Shown: piece after piece, positions 1-4,026 of the stretch
Numbering within the stretch: the stretch's first letter is position 1
How the letters are laid out: the number at the start of each line of letters is the position of its first letter
Source of the DNA: a virus
Lineage: Duplodnaviria > Heunggongvirae > Uroviricota > Caudoviricetes
Strand: one strand, 5' to 3'
IMG/VR virus record: IMGVR_UViG_2778261252_000001
Length of the DNA stretch: 4,026 bases
The notes under the pieces: generated by a model
Databases searched by the model: none
What the model was told of the DNA's origin: nothing
What the model saw: only the letters and a program-made list of their open reading frames with translations
Position numbers and translations under genes: made by a program

Positions 1-1231
<1,231 letters not shown>

Positions 1232-1242
1232 ACATCCCCCTT

Positions 1243-1596
1243 TCAGCGGCGACGGTTAACGGCAGGCGGTACGCCCCGTCCAAGCCAGAGATGACAACTT
1301 CCGCCATCATCCGGCGAAACCCGATCTACCCAGAAATTTTCCTCACCGATGGTCAGCGTGTCTCCACGCCGCAGCTGCCGCACCTCATCAGTCCGGACAA
1401 ACAGGGACGGGCTGGAGCCTTCAACGCGCACGCCCTGTCCGGCATAGCTGATATTTTCAGGGTCATCAAAAACACCACGTATCACAGCACCGGACTGCTC
1501 ACCGGATGTCATGGTGGCTGACGTTCCCATGTACCCGCGTATCGTTTCATCGGCGCGGGCAATGGCAGCATCGAACAGGTTATCGAAATCAGCCAC
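1243..1596 (-). CDS. FII: Head-tail joining (head completion) protein FII, 117 aa
   Basis: ORF 1243..1596 (-), MADFDNLFDAAIARADETIRGYMGTSA..., length identical to lambda gpFII. Start codon here is GTG (1594-1596), preceded by GGGAGG. 11-nt gap after the FI stop. Confidence 0.92.
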   Translation of the reverse strand: MADFDNLFDAAIARADETIRGYMGTSATMTSGEQSGAVIRGVFDDPENISYAGQGVRVEGSSPSLFVRTDEVRQLRRGDTLTIGEENFWVDRVSPDDGGSCHLWLGRGVPPAVNRRR

Positions 1597-1607
1597 AGCG
1601 CCTCCCG

Positions 1608-2006
1608 TTATTGCATTCTGGCCAGGCCGCGCGCTGTCATTTCAGCTGACACACCGGCAGAGACACGAAACGCCGTTCCCGGCAGCACAAATGCCACAGG
1701 TTCATCCCGCGTGGCGTGAAGTGCATCAGTATGCAGCGTCACCAGTGCCACGACCGTGACCAGTTCAGACGTATCCAGAATCACGGTATCCGGCTGCGCT
1801 GATCCCACCTCATTTTCATGTCCGGTCAGCACATTTTCCCGGCTGAGAGGGGTGTCCTGACCGGCAGTTTCATCCGTGTCATCAAGCTCCTCTTCCAGCT
1901 CTGCCACACGGAGCGCCAGTTCTTCTTTCGTCCCCGTCAGGCTGACATCACGGTTCAGTTGTTCACCCAGCGAGCGGAGACGGGCAATCAGTTCATCTTT
2001 CGTCAT
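1608..2006 (-). CDS. FI: DNA-packaging / head assembly protein FI, 132 aa
   Basis: Track ORF 1608..2045 contains an internal ATG at 2004-2006 (MTKDELIARLRSLGEQLNRDVSLTGTKEELALRVAELEEELDDTDETAGQ...) preceded by a strong SD GGAGGAG (2010-2016). That gives 132 aa, the lambda gpFI length, and a 41-nt E-FI gap as in lambda. The upstream in-frame ATG at 2043-2045 sits inside a hairpin stem and has no SD. Confidence 0.88.
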   Translation of the reverse strand: MTKDELIARLRSLGEQLNRDVSLTGTKEELALRVAELEEELDDTDETAGQDTPLSRENVLTGHENEVGSAQPDTVILDTSELVTVVALVTLHTDALHATRDEPVAFVLPGTAFRVSAGVSAEMTARGLARMQ

Positions 2007-2027
2007 GGACTCCTCCACAGAGAGAAA

Positions 2028-2045
2028 ATGGCCCCGAAGGGCCAT
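2028..2045 (-). other. Stable stem-loop with UUCG tetraloop (AUGGCCC-UUCG-GGGCCAU) 2 nt after the E stop, followed by a U/C-rich tract and the FI SD
   Basis: Plus strand 2028-2045 atggccc cgaa gggccat is a perfect 7-bp inverted repeat. On the minus-strand RNA the loop is UUCG. Downstream on the RNA: UUUUCUCUCUG, then GGAGGAG, then the FI AUG. Confidence 0.45.
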
Positions 2046-2047
2046 GA

Positions 2048-3073
2048 TTACGCCAGTTGAACGGCCACGAACTCATCAGGATCAGCCAGCAGCATCAGCG
2101 GTGCTGACTGAATCATGGTGAACTCTCGCGCCGGATCGCCGGATGTCTTCCAGTTTTTCGGATAACGGGGAGACGCATTAATACCCTCACTCAATGCGTC
2201 CGCATCCTGAATGCAACCATAGGTGCGCAGACCGCGTGCCTGAGTGTTCCCCAGCACCATCGTGTTGTCCGGCAGGAAGTTCTTTTTGACGCCGTTTTCC
2301 ACGTACTGTCCGGAATACACGACGATGGCCACATCGCCATACATTCCCTTATAAGACACCGCTTTGCCCAGGTCTTTTACCGCTGTCTCCAGCTCGGAAT
2401 GAGAGCCGCGACGGGTATCCAGCTTCTCCTTGACGGCCTTGAAGGAACGGAACAGCGCCCAGCCTTTCGGATCAAACACGATGATATTCACCACACCGCT
2501 GGCGTTCAGCGCGTAGGCTTCGATATCGTCGGTCGGGTCATACGTGGACTTGTCACGCTTGCTCCACTCTGTGCCGCCGGACTGCGTGATGTTATTCGCC
2601 GCACTGCGGCCCATATCCACCTCAACCGGATCGAAGGCTTCACCGGTCATGGTGTATTTGCCCTTAAGCACGGCAGAAACTGCCTGCATCTCTTCGACCT
2701 GGGCAATCGCCAGATTTTCATCCAGCATATTCTGCCGAATAATACGGCGACGACGGTAAGCCGGGTCAGCCAGGTTCTGCGGATCTTCATCCGGCAGGCG
2801 ACGCAGGGTCATCTGCGGATTCACCTCATGCTTGGGTTTGACATAACCCGGCGTAAATTCAGAGGTGGAGCCGCCACGGGATCGGATAACCTCACCGGAA
2901 ACAATCGGCGAAACGTACAGCGCCATGTTTACCAGTCCCGGAATTTGTGAGAGATAGACTTTTTCCGTGGTGAAAGGATAGGTTTCACGGAAAAACAGGC
3001 GCAGAAACAGCGGATCGAACTTAAAGTGATGCTGGGTCGATGCCAGTAATTCTGCAGTTGTATATACAGACAT
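2048..3073 (-). CDS. E: Major capsid protein E (HK97-fold major head protein), 341 aa
   Basis: ORF 2048..3073 (-), MSVYTTAELLASTQHHFKFDPLFLRLFFRETYPFTTEKVYLSQIPGLVNMALYVSPIVSGEVIRSRGG...DPDEFVAVQLA. Same 341-aa length as lambda gpE and near-identical over most of its length by recollection. 55-nt gap to D as in lambda. Confidence 0.97.
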   Translation of the reverse strand: MSVYTTAELLASTQHHFKFDPLFLRLFFRETYPFTTEKVYLSQIPGLVNMALYVSPIVSGEVIRSRGGSTSEFTPGYVKPKHEVNPQMTLRRLPDEDPQNLADPAYRRRRIIRQNMLDENLAIAQVEEMQAVSAVLKGKYTMTGEAFDPVEVDMGRSAANNITQSGGTEWSKRDKSTYDPTDDIEAYALNASGVVNIIVFDPKGWALFRSFKAVKEKLDTRRGSHSELETAVKDLGKAVSYKGMYGDVAIVVYSGQYVENGVKKNFLPDNTMVLGNTQARGLRTYGCIQDADALSEGINASPRYPKNWKTSGDPAREFTMIQSAPLMLLADPDEFVAVQLA

Positions 3074-3086
3074 AAATTATTTCCAT

Positions 3087-3111
3087 AAAAAAAGCCGCAC
3101 AGGCGGCCTTT
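3087..3111 (-). terminator. Intrinsic-terminator-like hairpin in the D-E intergenic region: AAAG-GCCGC-CUGU-GCGGC followed by U7 on the transcribed strand
   Basis: Plus strand 3087-3111 is aaaaaaaGCCGCacagGCGGCcttt. On the minus strand this is a 5-bp GC stem, extendable to about 9 bp, with a 4-nt loop followed directly by seven U, about 14 nt upstream of the E start codon. Confidence 0.4.
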
Positions 3112-3128
3112 GTTGATGAAGGGGAAGA

Positions 3129-3461
3129 TTAAACGATGCTGATTGCCGTTCCGGCAAACGCGGTCCGTTTTTTAGTCTCGTCGCTGGCAGCCTCCGGCCA
3201 GAGCACATCCTCATAACGAAACGAGCCGGACTTGTAGAACGTCAGTGTGGTGCTGGTCTGGTCAGCAGCAACCGCCAGAATGCCAACGGCTGCACCGTCG
3301 GTGGTGCCATCCCACACAACCAGCTTACGGGTAGTGCCATCCAGCATCAGCGGGGTCATTGCAGGCGTTTTCGCACTCAATCCGCCAGGCGCAATTGCTG
3401 TATGAGCCGGATCACTGTTACCCAGCGGCTGGTAATGGTTAAACTCTTCTTTTGTCGCCAT
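3129..3461 (-). CDS. D: Head decoration protein D, 110 aa
   Basis: ORF 3129..3461 (-), [110 protein letters not shown]. Same length as lambda gpD and highly similar. ATG 3459-3461 preceded by GAGG; 9 nt after the upstream stop. Confidence 0.95.
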   Translation of the reverse strand: MATKEEFNHYQPLGNSDPAHTAIAPGGLSAKTPAMTPLMLDGTTRKLVVWDGTTDGAAVGILAVAADQTSTTLTFYKSGSFRYEDVLWPEAASDETKKRTAFAGTAISIV

Positions 3462-3470
3462 AACTGCCTC

Positions 3471-3878
3471 TTATACCGGTAAAGCTTCAGGTGTATTAAG
3501 TAATTCTTTATTGGTATCAGATGCCAGGTTACCTGCAGCCAGCGGTGCCGGTGTACCCTGCATCAGACGATCCAGCGCAGTGTCACTGCGCGCCTGTGCA
3601 CTCTGTGGTGCTGCAGCCAGAATGCGGCGGGCCGTTTCCACGGTCATACCGGGGGTTTCTGCCAGCACGCGGGCCTGTTCTTCGCGTCCGTGAGCCTCCT
3701 CACAGTTGAGGATCCCCATAATGCGGCTGTTTTCTGCCGCAACCGCTGCGGTGATCTGCGCGTTCACGTCCGGCTGCGCCGCGCTGGCGTTTTCGCCCTC
3801 CGTCGCTGGCACCACGTCAGTAACGTCAGCCTGCGAAGCAGTGGCTGAAACAGTTGTTGATTGAGTCTCTTTGGTCAT
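3471..3878 (-). CDS. Nu3: Scaffolding protein (Nu3-like; equivalent to the C-terminal region shared by lambda gpC and gpNu3). Most likely start is ATG 3876-3878 (135 aa); the open frame extends to GTG 3957-3959 (162 aa)
   Basis: Track ORF 3471..3959 (-). The ATG at 3876-3878 (MTKETQSTTVSATASQADV...) is preceded by AGGAGG (3883-3888). Ala/Gln-rich, low-complexity, acidic sequence typical of scaffold proteins; ...ENSRIMGILNCEEAHGREEQARVLAETPGMTV... matches my recollection of the lambda C/Nu3 C-terminus. In-frame TGA at 3969-3971 limits the frame upstream. Start assignment is uncertain. Confidence 0.78.
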   Translation of the reverse strand: MTKETQSTTVSATASQADVTDVVPATEGENASAAQPDVNAQITAAVAAENSRIMGILNCEEAHGREEQARVLAETPGMTVETARRILAAAPQSAQARSDTALDRLMQGTPAPLAAGNLASDTNKELLNTPEALPV

Positions 3879-3948
3879 TCGCCCTCCTGAGAGACGGGAT
3901 TTACGTGCATCCAGTGCATCACGCATGACGGTGATCGCATCGGTGCTG

Positions 3949-4026
3949 TTAACCAACACGGGCAGACTTCACCACATTCACCTCGCGGATGTAGTCGCTG
4001 CCCATCGCATTCATGATGGCCCGCTG
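3949..4026 (-). CDS. 3' end (last 25 codons) of an upstream head gene entering from the right edge; possibly the prohead protease (C-like), identity not established
   Basis: The only frame open across 3952-4026 on the minus strand reads ...QRAIMNAMGSDYIREVNVVKSARVG* and ends at TAA 3949-3951. It is a different frame from the scaffold ORF and overlaps the GTG at 3957-3959. Too short to classify. Confidence 0.4.
   Translation of the reverse strand, partial: QRAIMNAMGSDYIREVNVVKSARVG

Noticed and set aside
2007-2045. Longer FI (145 aa) starting at ATG 2043-2045 as given in the ORF track
   Set aside because: That ATG is buried in the 7-bp hairpin stem and lacks an SD. The downstream ATG at 2004-2006 has GGAGGAG at ideal spacing and gives the 132-aa lambda FI length.
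1818-2121. Plus-strand ORFs 1818..2060 and 1876..2121 (the latter serine-rich)
   Set aside because: Antisense to FI and the E 3' end. The poly-Ser run is the reverse-frame reading of the acidic EEELDD-encoding stretch of FI.
2399-2950. Plus-strand ORF 2399..2950 (183 aa) and nested 2544..2759
   Set aside because: Entirely inside and antisense to the major capsid gene E. Arg-rich composition typical of a spurious frame opposite a GC-rich gene.
3511-3709. Plus-strand ORFs 3511..3693 and 3521..3709
   Set aside because: Antisense to the scaffold ORF; Ala/Arg/Ser-rich low-complexity translations.

Overview
All coding in this window is on the minus strand and forms the head (capsid) morphogenesis module of a lambda-like (lambdoid) phage or prophage, in lambda gene order: scaffold/Nu3-like C-terminal ORF, D (decoration), E (major capsid), FI, FII, Z. 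Gene lengths and intergenic spacings (9, 55, 41, 11, 11 nt) match my recollection of the lambda map, but I could not run an alignment. Three things depart from that pattern. (1) Z stops 13 codons short of the 192 aa I recall for lambda, and the sequence directly downstream (minus strand, 1..~716) is an internal, start-less fragment of the tail tip/host-specificity gene J in a different frame. This is the signature of a deletion that removed the 3' end of Z, the tail genes U-V-G-T-H-M-L-K-I and most of J, so the element is probably a tail-less, defective prophage. (2) At the right edge, the reading frame of the scaffold ORF has in-frame stops upstream of 3959, while a different frame is open from the window edge and stops at TAA 3949-3951. 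The lambda nested C/Nu3 arrangement is therefore not preserved here. (3) Two GC-rich hairpins flank gene E on the transcribed strand. All plus-strand ORFs in the track are antisense to these genes and are judged spurious. I see no RNA genes, CRISPR arrays, IS elements or recognisably novel system; the deletion junction and the C/Nu3 region are the parts worth a second look.
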